A DNA stretch of 64,000 nt, taken from NCBI GenBank assembly GCA_951406725.2, contig OX597821.1, positions 78,244,001 to 78,308,000 on the forward strand, in the 5' to 3' direction. This document shows, in pieces, positions 27,601 to 40,989 of the stretch. Position 1 is the stretch's first letter, and every line of letters begins with the position of its first letter. Position numbers and translations under genes: made by a program. The DNA is from Octopus vulgaris (Eukaryota). The notes beneath the pieces are model-generated. The model searched no databases and was not told the DNA's origin. It saw only the letters and a program-made list of their open reading frames with translations.

Positions 27601-29913
27601 AATTCCTTCTTTAGATCATATTGTTGCTCCATTCATACAAAGAAGCCCCAGTAAAAATAGGAGTTTCTGAACGCTGTGCCCCGAAAAACAGCCGCAAGAG
27701 AGGTAAACCACCGTTCAGTGTCCAAGAGCATAAGTGAAGTCAAGTCTATCACAAATCATAACAGAAATGTAATAATGCATGTTGGCTGCGCAAGACAACA
27801 ATTAAAAGAATCAATGGTCATAGGAATGTCGTGAGGAACAATAGCAGAAGTTCGACGAAATTTGTCGAATAACTTACATCAAATGTCTGTCGTTTTAAGG
27901 AGCACCTGAAAGTGTAGATTCTTAGAAAAATTATGTCACTCTACAGGAATTCCAGTCCTCAAAATTGATGATAAAAATTTATTTGAGAATTACTAACGTC
28001 AAGCTCCGAAGGAGTGGATAAGATGTCAGTAGATTTCCATCCCATCTACACTAAACTGTTTGAATAAGTGTTCCCTTTCCTGTTTTCTTTCTTTCCGTTT
28101 TTTCTTTTTCCTTGTTACTAGTTATGAAAAATCGGAAACTGATGACGTCATTTTGTCTAAGAATGAATGCAGGGTATTCCTGTTCAGAACTTGAATTCCT
28201 GGATTTGTACGTTATTTTCATTTTACATTTTAAACCCCATGCTGTGTTTCAAAGCATAGGTTGTTGGTGACTCTCCTGAATTCTTCCACTTTTTTAATAC
28301 TTTCGTGTGTCACCCCACAGCAGGTCCAAGAACTACCCTATTTACCAAGCAAGTTTGGTGGTGCAGCCAGATTAGTCATCGATTCCCACCATACAATAAA
28401 GTGTATAGGCTTACGAATTTTTCCCTGATTGTCACAAAACTGTTATAGTTTATTAAGTTCTATAATTGTATTGTTAAGTCGTGTATATGAACGATTAGTT
28501 ATAGGGTAAAGGTGAAGAAACTACAGACAACAAATGATGGGTCGCTGTCAGCTGAACTGTAGTGTGTGTGTATGTGTGTCTCTGCGCATGTGTGTATGTA
28601 CGTATGTGTTGTCTGTATGCGTGTGTGTGTTTGTATTATTGATGCTATAGATACAGACATGTGCAGAAATTTACACAATAATTGTCTACATAACTATATA
28701 TCTCCACCTCACATCAAGCGATACAAATGCCAGATTGAGTAATTAAGAAAGAGTCCTTCATATTGGGAACTGGATCAAAGTTTTATGAATAAGGCAATTC
28801 AAACAAGGGAAATGTTGGTCAACCACTAAAAGAAAAGGCATGAAGTATCCAAAATACTTCATCGTCTAATCTATAATGTAATAGAAATAACACAACTTTA
28901 AACACTCTAAAAAGAGTCAAGCCAGGAACTATTGATGTCATCGCAAACAATATTTAGTCTTCGGCCATGAATGAAGCTCGGTTTTCCATTTTCTCGATGC
29001 GTTGTCTGCTTTCTGAAGGTGAAGAAAATACGCTGACTAGAGGTGTATATTTTGTCGATGATGATTTTTGAGATAAAGAGTAACATTCCTGCAGTGAAGG
29101 AAAACTCGAGGTCATTTTCGGTGGTAAATCTTGGTATATTTGATAGAAATAGTTAAACCCGGAGACATGGTGTAATAGAAAAACCTTATTTTGAAAGTAT
29201 GTTATTGTAAAGTGCAAATATCTTAAAACGTAGTGTATGGGTTGGTAAATTTCCTTTAATCATTAGTTGGGCCAGTTGCTAATCAAAATTTCTAAAATCG
29301 AAGTCATCCATTTTAGTATTTATTTTATGTGTTGAAGTTGCTGTAGAGAAAAGGGAGGTATTTGAGAAATATGACAAACAAGTATTTTTCATTGATAAAA
29401 ATATTTTATTTAACAACGACACCTGGCTCGCGACGGACCACAAAAATATACAGCAATAAAGAAGCGACTATACATAGCCACTCTTTGAATATTACATTTG
29501 GAAAGCAAACACATGAACCGATCGTTGTGTGCAGCAGAATGTTCCAGAAAGTTTAGTGAGCAAATGACAGAAAAATATGTGAAGGTGGTTGTGTGAGAAA
29601 TATCTTTGACTTCACATTTGAACATCGATACGTGCTGGTGAAAGATAGACTCTGAAATAAGGAATTCAACAAAACATCGACTTTTATTTTGTAAAACGGT
29701 TTCAGATGACTTTTAAAAAGTGTTTGCTGAACGGAACGTGCCAGAGCGTTAGATTTGTAACTGGAGAATTACTACGTATAACAGTGAGATTGCATTATTT
29801 TCAATCGTAAAATACAATCATGTGATCAGCAAAAATTGAAGTGATTATTTTCTTAAGTATACAATTATAAAGACTGTAAGAGACAATTAGCATATTAGCA
29901 GGTATATGAATGG

Positions 29914-30105
29914 ACGGCGAGCTGGCAGAATCGTTAGCACGTCAGGCGAAATGCTGTTACGTTCTGAGTTCAAATTCCGCCGAGGTCAACTTTGCTTTTA
30001 TCTTTTCGGGGTCGATTAAATAAGTACCAGTTACGCATTGTGGTCGATGTAATCGATTTCATCCCTTTGTGTATCCTTGTTTGTCCCCTTTGTGTTTAGC
30101 CCCTA
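29914..30105 (+). mobile_element. SINE (family 3)
   Basis: GGCGAGCTGGCAGAATCGTTAGCACG..GAGTTCAAATTCCGCCGAGG; closely matches 55582-55810. Confidence 0.85.
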
Positions 30106-31103
30106 TATTTAAACGAATAAATATAACCAGGTATATATAAAACATCTACAAATATTAAGACAGAAGATGTTTAAATGAGCCACGATGACAGGTTCAATTC
30201 TGTATGAGTGTATTCGTTAAAGTTGAGAATAAAGTATGAGAAGACATCATAATTCTGTTGGGACTCTCAGCGTTAAATACCACTTTCGATTGTACATAAT
30301 GTATGTCTAATTGTTGCTTAATTCTTCTCTTCCTACACCACTCTCACACTTTGTCTTTCTCTCTATGTCTCTGTCTGTCTCTCCCTCACAGACACAAACA
30401 CGCACACACGCTCATGATAATTCTATCATAGTATAGTCACTATAGCATCAGACACATTCCTACAAATGACATCGTACCGCCTTGAAATTATCAGATCAAG
30501 TGAGACAAGATATTCATCAAGAGGTAATGAGCACACTTAGAATACCTTTGAACATAAGTTTCCCGTTCGATCAGGGCTCTTCTAGAGATAAACAACAAAA
30601 TATACTTAAATGTATGCTGTTGTATTGTAATTTTACTTTTCCGTGCGATTAATCTGGATGATAGTGCAGATTTAGGATTTAGTAAAATTTTGAGATTAAT
30701 TCTCCATGTGTTAGACATTGTGTTTCATCATATCACGAGGTGTAAAAGGAAGTAACAGTTACGTCAGTTACGTATTGTAAATTCCCGTTTCAATTAATTG
30801 TTTTATATATATATATATATATATACATATGTATGTATGTATATATGTATGTATCTATCATACATACAGGTTAAAGGTTAAAGACAGGTGTTCTCTATAT
30901 AGAATACACTTCGAAATGCTCAAGAGATTTGAACTTGAGTAGATAGAGGAATAGATGTAAGGACAAGCAAGTTAGGTAAGTCAGTTTACACAGAATACTA
31001 AATATACTTAATATGGAAAATGTACATGTGAATAGATTTAAAGGAGTCGGACTTGAACAGAAAATAAATGCTATCAGGAGTTATATAAGTTGAGTTTTAC
31101 GAG

Positions 31104-31193
31104 TCCAGCAGCTGTTTCTGGAGAGTTGGTGGTCCGGAATAATGTTAGTTACTTGGTTCCATTATCGGATAGCACCGCCTCCTTCTTCAGGGA
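31104..31193 (-). ncRNA. Degenerate type I hammerhead motif
   Basis: UCC-CUGAAGA-aGGAG..long hairpin..CUCCa-GAAA-CAGCUG-CU-GGA; the cleavage triplet is non-canonical (GCU). Confidence 0.5.
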
Positions 31194-31486
31194 AGAATTT
31201 TACATTTGAGGTGTTGACAGGATGGAGCTTAAAGATGGAACAATTTTGTGGAAAACTTGGTGTATGTATGTATTGATATCGTTTTGTAGGAATATAACAA
31301 TACACAATTTCTGGATTAAACATATTCTACTTTAGAATAACTGAGACGGCCATGTGTGTAAGATATGTTTTTTTACCTGAAAAATAAATTAAGGAAAATT
31401 ATCATTAAACATTAATGAAGATAATGCAAGTATCAGAATGATCATAAATACATATATACATACACATCTGTCTATCTATCTTTCTA

Positions 31487-31556
<70 letters not shown>

Positions 31557-32985
31557 ATACATATATATAGATAGATATACATATATATCTTTATCTATCT
31601 ATATAGATATATACATATAGAGAGATATTTATAGCTATCTATCTAGCTAGCTATCCATTTATCTATCTATCTATCTCTTTATATATAGATATTTATATTT
31701 AGCCATCCATCTATCTATATATATATATATTTGTATGTGTGTATATGTATTAGACTCTCTCGAAGTGTGTATATGTATTAGACTCTCTCCTCGAAGATGA
31801 TTTTCGAGCGTTCAGCCTGACAAACAACCTGCACATATGATTTGTTTATAATGATGAAATGTTCATGCCACACATTAGCTCACTCACTCCTTGAATCGAA
31901 CACAATAAAACACACAGTTTCGGAATTGAAACCACGACCTCGCGATCGTGAGTACATTGCATATCTATATATTTCCTCAATAGCCAGTCGATGAATTTCC
32001 TACTAATTTCGGAGACGTGGGCGTTGAGCATGGTAAGCGTTTACATCAAGTAATCAAGTTTCTGGAGGAGAGATACCGTGGTCAGTGAAGCTTACACCTG
32101 ATAGCAGGCTACATGATGGCGTATTCAAAGAGATTGGTAGATATGAAACACTGGTTTTGTTTTTATTCGTCATATTAGAAAATTAACAGTATGCATTTAG
32201 TAAAAAGTGATGCTATCTTTCATTTCATCTATCCTTTCATTTCGTACTGACATTTTAACTTATAGTTTTAAGCTATAAAACATAATAAACTATCCTGACC
32301 ACTTAAATAATTAATACAGTACATCATAAAATAGGGATGTGTTATAGAATGAAAATCTGGTGAGTTAGAACAAAAATGGATGCCATATTTGAAATCAGAA
32401 TCTCAAAATTAACTAAAAACAACCACAACATCGAAGTCAGTCAAAAGTGTGTTGACCGGTGTTATAGATCTTCTCAACTACAGCTTTTTCCTTTTTGTTC
32501 TATTTTTTATGTTTGATAATAACTAGTTGCCTTAATATTTATTCGAGACTATTAACTCATATTTGACATAAAGTATGTTTTATTATACAAGTATTGATAG
32601 GGGTATATTTTAAACTAAATTATTACAGGGAATATAATTTCTATAATATTTATTTAGATATATTATAAGATTTGATGTGTTTCTAATTTACTCTTTAGGT
32701 AGAGCATTTTCAACATATATATCCTAATTGAACTTTATGCATTTCATATTTTTAAATATATTTGTAATTTTTATTTTTAATATAATTTTTAACTTTTACA
32801 CATACATAATATAAATATACATAGCCTAAGGACGCACTAGTAGATTTATGTATTAAATATAGCCTTGATACACAACACACCAGCGCAGAAACACGTGTAG
32901 CGATTACTTGTACTATCTTCTTTCCGAACAGATTAAAAACAGGTAAGATATATTTTTCTAACTAATTTTATTTATGTTATTTTAA

Positions 32986-33056
32986 TTATTTTATTTTATT
33001 TAATTTTCCCGGCGTATACCATACCATGAGGTTATCCTGAAAAAGGAGTTGCTTAT
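32986..33056 (-). CDS. Exon 6 (terminal) of paralog B: (D)KQLLFQDNLMVWYTPGKLNKIK*
   Basis: Phase-1 acceptor aaatag|AT (in-frame alternative tag| at 33062); TAA at 32988-32986; AATAAA-rich downstream. A stronger-looking ttttcag acceptor at 33036 would give an immediate stop, so this exon is uncertain. Confidence 0.5.
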
Positions 33057-33066
33057 CTATTTCTAA

Positions 33067-33111
<45 letters not shown>

Positions 33112-33179
33112 TTATTAATATATATGTGTTTACAAACATACGATTATTAGCATCAACAAAGATTATATATTTTGCATAC

Positions 33180-33289
33180 CTTTCTCCCTCTGCCAATAAA
33201 TTTCGTAGGTTCCACTTTTCTTTTGAGCTTCCATCCAGCCGCCACCAGTAGTAGATGCAGCTTGAAAATCCACACGAAAATGCGGTTCT
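33180..33289 (-). CDS. Exon 5 of paralog B: EPHFRVDFQAASTTGGGWMEAQKKSGTYEIYWQREK
   Basis: tttcag|AGAACC ... GAAAG|gtatgc; 110 bp, phase 2-1, open in the frame required by exon 4; a GC-richer island in AT-rich DNA. Confidence 0.7.
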
Positions 33290-34319
33290 CTGAAACTAAC
33301 ATGTTACAATTGATAAATTTAATAAAATTGATCACAATGAAAAATGTTACAATTATATTGATAACAATCAATTTTGCTTAATTAGACCACTGTCTTTGCC
33401 TTTTCATCTTTGAGATTAGTGAATGCTTGATATCTAGTTTGCTATTCATGATATAGAAGGTATAAATAACGTTTAATTTGTGGCAATCAGATCTTGTTAT
33501 TTAGCTTCAGTTCTATGATCAAAAGGCATTCCAGCTACGGCAAACGTGTCATATTTCTTTCTAAGACAGAATGTATGTCGTATCTCATAAACTACTGATG
33601 GTTGGGTGTTATTTGAGTGGAAAAAATGCTCAGATTATTACAGAAAACAAGATATTCCTTCCACTTCCACTTGTTCTGCTATAAGACGAAATTTCTTTCA
33701 ATTTCTGTCTGCAGATGGGAAAAGAAGACTACGAAAAAGTGCAGTTCTGAAAGGGAAGTTTTAGGAAATGTGTCTGGTATAAATCAATTGTCAGTAAGAG
33801 GACTAGTGAATATATCCAGTGGGCATGATGAGAAGAGACAGATGGAATAGAGACTGAGAGGTGGTTGATCAGTTGTTGTACTAATGTATTAGTATTTGTG
33901 GTATTTGGAACGACAAGGAATTGAGTATCAGTCGCCCTTTGATTGTTAATCTAAAGGTATATGTTTCTGACTTAAAGCTATGGTTTCCTGCTTCATTTCC
34001 TACGTTTTAAAAATATATAAATCCGTTGTACACCATCCCTACATGTTTCTCAGGTGGATGGCTTGAAATGATTTTCGATATTTAGCTTCAACACCTTAAT
34101 TTTCTGAGTTTAAATCTCATCAAACACAACCTATATCTTTCATATTCCGAAGCTGATAGAATAAAGTGCTGGTCAAGTTCTGGTACCGATTTCATACACT
34201 TTTCTCCAACTGAAATTATGGTCCTTGTACTTATCTTAGAAATAATTATAGGACTGTTTAGCAATTGAAATGTCCTTATTAACCTTTTTCAGAAATCTCC
34301 CAACAGGTTTACCATAAAA

Positions 34320-34895
34320 TCCGTGAAATATTCACGGATCCCACTAGTACCAAATTTCTCTCTTATATTGTGTGCAATACTGGATATTCTCAAACGTTCA
34401 CGTATGACTGGAATGATAGACATTTTCAACATGGTTCACATTCTTGCAATTTCGTGTTATGGTAGTCTGTACATTTCAATCTTTTCTAGTTCCTTGTCAC
34501 TTATGCGTGCATCTCCAGGTATTGCAAATTCTATGACCTTGGTTTCCTGTTTTCCTTTATCTACCACAACAATATCTAGTCTCCGAGCCTGAATTAGGGA
34601 GTCACAATGGATTGTAAAATCCCACATTATCATATGTTCTTCGTTCTTGGTGATTCTTTCTGGTTCATGTTCGTACCATTTCCGTGCTCTGTTCAGACCA
34701 AACTTTTCTCTTAGTCCCGAGCGGACGAATTTAGCCAAGTTTTAGTGCATCCTTTTTTAGTGCTCTTGGGTCAGGTGACTACACTCACTCAAAATATGTG
34801 AATTTGTTTCATTTCTGATTCCAAAAGTCCAACAAAGAGGTGATTCATTACTTTTATCTGTTTGGAACTTGGTGTAATCAATTCTCAGAGCTTGT
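34320..34895 (-). mobile_element. R4/Dong-clade LINE, 3' fragment
   Basis: QALR..SPLC..ETNSHILSEC..WYEHEP..MWDFTIHCD..ARRLDIVVVDK..IEFAIPGD..KELEKIEMY. Confidence 0.85.
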
Positions 34896-34896
34896 C

Positions 34897-35995
34897 ACGT
34901 GACACTGTCTTACCTTACCTGACTAGTGAGGGCGCGTAGTTTTAGACCGCGCGTTCTCTAAACCACCGTCACCTGTCAGTCAGCGAAGCTGATTCAGTGT
35001 CAGCTTGTCTCACCTAGTGATGTTATTTCCCGCGGGCGTGTTATGACTTTCAAGCCATTTTTGATCTTCCCGCTTTAGCCATATATAGAAGCTGGCCTTT
35101 TCGACAGACTCCTGTACTCTCCTTATTAGTTTTTACTGCTTGGAGCTAGAAAAAGCAAATCTTCTTTTGAAAAGCGTTGTCATTTTCCTTTCAATGAAGC
35201 CCCTAGCCCCCACTACCAGGTGATAATATTCCACATTTCATCCCTGTTCAATGCATTCTTCGATTAGCTTTTTCGTACCTCTTCACCTTTTGTCCCTCTG
35301 CATTGCCGATGTTCTCTTCCCAAGGTACTGTCAGTCCTAGTAAAATTCCTATTCTCCGGTCTCTGTTACAAAGGACTAAATCTGGGTTTTTTGTTGTTTT
35401 TATTAGTGGAAATATTACTTGTCTTTCCAAGTCCGTGGCCACCTCCCAGTATCCCTTCCATCTTTCGTCCATCTCGTATACTTTACTTGTAGGCCTGGTT
35501 ATATATCCGTTTCCCTCCTTGTAGAAGTATACTTTCCTGCACTTTTCTACTTTTGGGTACTCTCCCCTATTGTACCTCTCGATCTTCTTGAGTGCTGCGC
35601 TTATGACGCCGAGGACTTGATTATGCCGCCATGTATATCTTTCTAGTGCTAGTCTGCAACCTGAGAGAACATGTCTAACCGTCGCTTTCTCTACGCATCT
35701 ACACTCATCAGTTGTTTTTATGTTCCACAGGACTAAGTTCGCCGGTGAGGGTAGAACGTCGAAGGTAGACTTAATCAGGAAGGATGTGCTTGCTTGTTCC
35801 CAAGCCCAAAGTTCCTTCCATGATATTCTGCGGCTGATCACATATTCCTCCCATCTCAGGCACTGTCCCTGTTGACTGCATTGCACCAAATGTACATTTC
35901 GCCTTTCTTCTTCCTCTTTTAGGTTCACTTTTTAAGTAGCCCTGCATCACTATCCTGTTTTCTTCGCTGCTCTACTGCCTCTTCCTTACTCTATT
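34897..35995 (-). mobile_element. RLE-type non-LTR retrotransposon of a second lineage (HERO/NeSL-like), 3' fragment
   Basis: QQGQCLRW..FLIKSTFDVLPSPANL..CRC..HVLSGC..RYTWRHNQVL..NPDLVL..LTVPWEENI..K..RY, followed by a GC-richer 3' UTR. Confidence 0.8.
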
Positions 35996-36049
35996 ATCTA
36001 CTGATACTGTATTGACAGCAGCTGTGGTCAGTTTGGATCTTTACTCAAC

Positions 36050-36570
36050 CACTGATACAAGGAAACCCAAAAATGGCAGAAATTCAAAAAATAGTGCTCA
36101 TGGGAACTGCTCATATCCTATGCAAAATACTTTCTATGTAATCTCAAAGTTTAAAACAAACATAATTTTCGTTTTATTTTTTAAACTGAAAATAGGTGGG
36201 TAAAGTAAAGAATGCATGGTCAATTTCATAGGGATGTTGAAAATAAGACTGACAGGAAAAAGGATAGCTGTGGATGACTCAATGTGATTTAAAACCAGAA
36301 GAGGAAGCTCTAATCTGTGCTGCCAATGAACAAGCACTAGGAACACACTACATAAAATACAGACTAGACAACACATCGGAAGGTGATAAGTGCAGAATTT
36401 GTGGACAAAAGGGTGGAACCGTATGGCATTTTACCAGTTAATGTACGCCACTAGCCCAGAATGAATATAAGAGACACCACATCACCATAGCAAGGATTGT
36501 CCATTGGACACTTTGCAACATGTATGGACTTGACAGAGAAAATAATTAGTACGACCATAAACTCGAAAAT
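36050..36570 (+). mobile_element. R4/Dong fragments
   Basis: 36060-36170 is the reverse complement of the 37460-37540 3' end; downstream reads MHGQF..LICAANEQAL..CRICG..WH..C.PLAQ.EY.RH. Confidence 0.7.
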
Positions 36571-36574
36571 CCTG

Positions 36575-36632
36575 TGGGGTTAGTAGCCAGCACTCTTAAC
36601 CCCAAGATTCCGAGTTCGATTCCAGGCAGTGA

Positions 36633-36686
<54 letters not shown>

Positions 36687-36739
36687 TAATAATAAGGATA
36701 AATAATAATGATAATACTACTACTACTACTACTACTACA

Positions 36740-36770
<31 letters not shown>

Positions 36771-36784
36771 TTACTACTACTACA

Positions 36785-36863
<79 letters not shown>

Positions 36864-36968
36864 ATACTAATACTACTACTACTAATAATAATACTACTAC
36901 TAATAATAATACTACTACTACTACTAATAATAATAATACTAATAATACTACTACTACTAATAATAAAA

Positions 36969-37000
<32 letters not shown>

Positions 37001-37184
37001 ATCTACATTGAAAAATAGCTTAGGAATGAGAACCCAGGTTCCAAATTTCCCCAAGACACCTAATGAAGGCTGGATGGTATATCAGCCGAAACGTTATGTT
37101 AACAAACAGGATCAGGACAAATCTCCGTGAAATATAAATAACGTAAATAATGTACATAATTCCTCATCTCTTAAATATAGAACT

Positions 37185-37190
<6 letters not shown>
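36575..37190 (+). mobile_element. tRNA-like head + trinucleotide tract + degenerate hammerhead module
   Basis: CCCAAGATTCCGAGTTCGATTCCAGGCAGTGACC, then (AAT/ACT/GAT)n, then GACAC-CTAATGA-aGGCTG..CAGCC-GAAA-CGTT-ATGTT; a related copy lies at 51835-52022. Confidence 0.55.
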
Positions 37191-37250
<60 letters not shown>

Positions 37251-37289
37251 GTAGTAGTAGTAGTAGTAGTATTATCATTATTATTATTA

Positions 37290-37918
37290 TTCTATGTTTG
37301 ACTTTCGCTTTATATTTGTACAAGTTGGCTCCAAGTCTCACCCAGAGACCTCAAGAGACAACACGTTGGAAGTTCGTGTTGTTGATATGCTTAGTGTGCC
37401 ATATGTTTGGTTTTGTATTTAATGTAGTACTAGTGATTGTCTAAAAAAAATGAAAACTATGTTTTAAAACTTGAGATTACATAGAAGGTATTTTGCGTAG
37501 GATGTGAGCAGTTCCCATGAGCACTATCTTTTGAATTTCTGCCTAGTATCTGAGTTAGGTAGCTATCAGCCCCTTTTGCTATCATTCCCAGGGCACCTAT
37601 GACAACAGGTATTGTTTTAGTCTTCAGGTTCCACATTTTGCTGATTTCTATTTCAAGATCTTTATATTTGCTCAGTTTTTGATAGGTCTTGACAGATACA
37701 TTTATATCGATTGGGACAGTCATATCAATGAGGAGGCATGTTCTTTGTCTGAAGTCTTTCAATATGATGTCTGGCATATTTGCATCTATCTTTCTGTCAG
37801 TTTGAATGGTGAAGTTCCAGAGGAGTGAGATGTGATCATTTTCAAGCACTGGAGGTGGTTTGTGTTCCCACCATTTTTTTTTCATGGCGCAAATCCAGGT
37901 TTTTGCAAATTACTCAGT
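37290..37918 (-). mobile_element. R4/Dong LINE, 3' fragment in (TAA)n
   Basis: LLWNFTIQTDRKIDANMPDII..LIDMTVP..KLSKYKDL..IPVVIGALG; near-duplicate of 38000-38620. Confidence 0.9.
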
Positions 37919-37919
37919 G

Positions 37920-37999
<80 letters not shown>

Positions 38000-38001
<2 letters not shown>

Positions 38002-40900
38002 GTTTGACTTTTGCTTTATATTTGTACACGTTGGCTCCAAGTCTCACCCAGAGACGTCAAGAGACAACAAGTTGGAAGTTCATGTTGTTATACCTAGTGT
38101 GCCATATATTTGGTTTTGTAATTAGTGTTGTACAAGTGAATGTCTAAAAAAAATGAAAACTATGTTTGTTTTAAAACTTGAGATTACATAGTATTTTGCG
38201 TAGGCTATGAACAGTTCCCATGAGGACTATCTTTTGAATTTCTGCCATTTTGGGGTTTCCTGGTATCTGAGTTAGGTAGGGATCAACCCCACTTTGCTAT
38301 TATTCCCAGGGCACCTATGACAACAGGTATTGTTTTAGTCTTCAGGTTCCACATTTTGCTGATTTCTATTTCAAGATCTTTATATTTGCTCAGTTTTTGG
38401 TAGGTCTTGACAGATACGTTTATATCGATTGGGACAGTCATATCAATGAGGAGGCATGTTCTTTGTTTGAAGTCTTTCAATATGATGTCTGGCATATTTG
38501 CATCTATCTTTCTGTCAGTTTGAATGGGGAAGTTCCAGAGGAGTGAGATGTGGTCCTTTTCAATTGTGTTCCCACCATTTTTTTTCATGAGGCAAATCCA
38601 GGTTTTTGCAGATTACACAGTGAATATATTGTGCAGCTCTATCATACTCTGTAGGCGCTAGAAGACTGCACTTGGAGACAACAAGATCAATGGTTTCATT
38701 TTGTTGTTGACATACACGACATCTTGAGCTGCTATGATAAACCCTTCTGTTTCAGATTTTAAGCCAGAGGCCATTAGCCATTGAAGGGTCAGGACTTTGT
38801 CAACATCTGCATTATTCGCTCTCTTTGGATATTTGCCATACAGAGGTTTTTCTTGCCATTTATCATTCAGAATATCTAAGGCAGCAGTTTTAGCACGGGT
38901 TTTCATGCGTTTAGCTTTTTCTGTGCTTGTTTGTTGTATGTCTAATTCCGAAATTTGTTGTATTCGGAATTCACTTAGATATTCCTTCGCCTATTTTGTT
39001 ACTGAGTATGATGCTTTCTTGTTTTCATGTTTTGAGACAAGTTTTAACATCCAGTCCTCAGAGTTTTTCAGGTAGGTGCCTAGGCCAATTGTAGCAATCT
39101 TCATTGTTATTGCCAGTTGTAAAAGTCCACGGCCTCCCTCTTTTCTTGGCAGATAGAGTCATTCTATATCTGCCTTAGGGTGGTGTAATCTATGCATTGT
39201 CAACAGTTTTCGTATTTTTTTGTCAAGATTACTTATTTCAGTAATTGACCAGTTAACGATATTGAAACTGTAAGTCACGACTGGTATTGCTAAAGCATTG
39301 ATCGCTTCGATCCTGTTTCTCGCATTTAGCTCTGTCTTGAGTATTGCTCTTATTCTGTGATAACATTGTCTCCTGATCCATTTCTTCATCACTGAATGCC
39401 TTATTCCGTCCCCTTCAAGAAACCCTAGATACTTGTAGCTCTACGCTGGGTCTAATTCTTTTATGACATTCTGCCGGTCAAGGTTAACGTTAGATGTTTC
39501 TGTCATTTTTCCTTTGATAAAGGTAGCCTTTGCACATTTATCGAGGCCAAATTGCATTCTGATGTCATCACTGAATTGTTTAACAATCGCTAGTAAGCCA
39601 TTGAGTTGTTGGTCATTTTTTGCAAAGAGCTTTAAATCATCCATGTAAATGAGTTGATTTATATTTTTATCAAACATTTTATATCCGTACTGCGCGTCAT
39701 TGAGTAATTTTGAGAGAGGTATTAAGGCTAAACAAAAGAGGAGTGGTGATAGTGAGTCACCCTGGAAAATGCCACATTAAATTTTTACATCACCAGCATT
39801 TAGAGATTCATTGTCACTGTTCAAAGTTAGTGTGATTCTCCATGATCTCATACTTACAGACAAAAAGTTGCGCAGAGTAGGTGCTATTTTATACATTTCC
39901 AGGCATTTCTTAATCCAGCTATGTGGTAGACTATCAAAAGCCTTTTTATAGTCTATCCAGGCTATTGACAAGTTTTTGTGTCGTTTGTGACAATCTTCTA
40001 AGATCATCTTATTGATGAGTAGTTGATCTTTACAACCATAGGATCCACGTTTACATACTTTCTATTCATTTGGGAATATGCTGCCGTCTGTTAAAAAACT
40101 ATAAGTATATTCCGTCAGGACAGATGTTAGCGTTTTATACATAGTTGTTAAGCCGGTTATGGGTCTATAGGTTTTTGGTTCATTTGTTTCTTCACCTTTT
40201 GGAAGCAGGAATGTTAACCCATTAACTAGCCAAGGAGGCATCCTACTAGGGTGTTGCAAAACATCATTGTAAAGTTCTGTTAGCAGTTCATGGCTCTCTG
40301 GGAATGCATTCAACCAGACGTTAGCAATTTTATCCTTTCCTGGAGTCTTCCATTTGCTTGACCTCCTGAGAGCAGATCTTATATCTTCTACCTTGACACA
40401 CTCCCACTTTTGCTCTTCTAAGGAGTCTAGTTCTGTAGGTATTCTATCAATGCAGGGGGCCTTTTCGTTGTATGTTTTTTCTTCTGCCCAAAATTTATTC
40501 CAAAATCCCTGCACATCTTCTTTTGATGGTACAGACTTTACACTAACTGGTGTTTTTCCTATCTTCCTGTAAAATGTTTTGGGGTTATTTTTGAACATGT
40601 TGTTGTCCTTGAAGAATCTAACACGCTTTTCATACCTTGCTATGCGGGCAGCTTTAGCCGATACCTTTTGCTTGATGGTTTCTATGGTGGCATCAATATC
40701 AAGTATAGTTTTTATATTATATTTTTTCATTAATTTTTGGGTTTTTGTAGGTTTGGTAGTCTTGTCAACCTTAAGGTTTTTCAAATATTCAATGTCAGAC
40801 CTAAATAGTTTAATTTGTTGTTGGATACGCTCTTGCCAAGAAGGCATTTTTTGAGAATGTTGCTGTTTTCTAATCTTTTCACCACATAGAATCGTTGAGA
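38000..40900 (-). mobile_element. R4/Dong LINE, 5'-truncated and frameshifted (RT + RLE)
   Basis: [63 protein letters not shown] motifs; flanked by (TAA)n. Confidence 0.93.
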
Positions 40901-40909
40901 TTATTATTA

Positions 40910-40988
<79 letters not shown>

Positions 40989-40989
40989 C

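Noticed and set aside
28954-29625. Minus-strand ORFs, possibly a Helitron relic (HL..QRIFFT-like) or extra exons
   Set aside because: Similarity too weak and frameshifted to support by eye; they do not fit the gene model.
32931-32942. Apparent + strand micro-exon (cag|ATTAAAAACAG|gtaag)
   Set aside because: No partner exons found; plausible by chance in AT-rich DNA.
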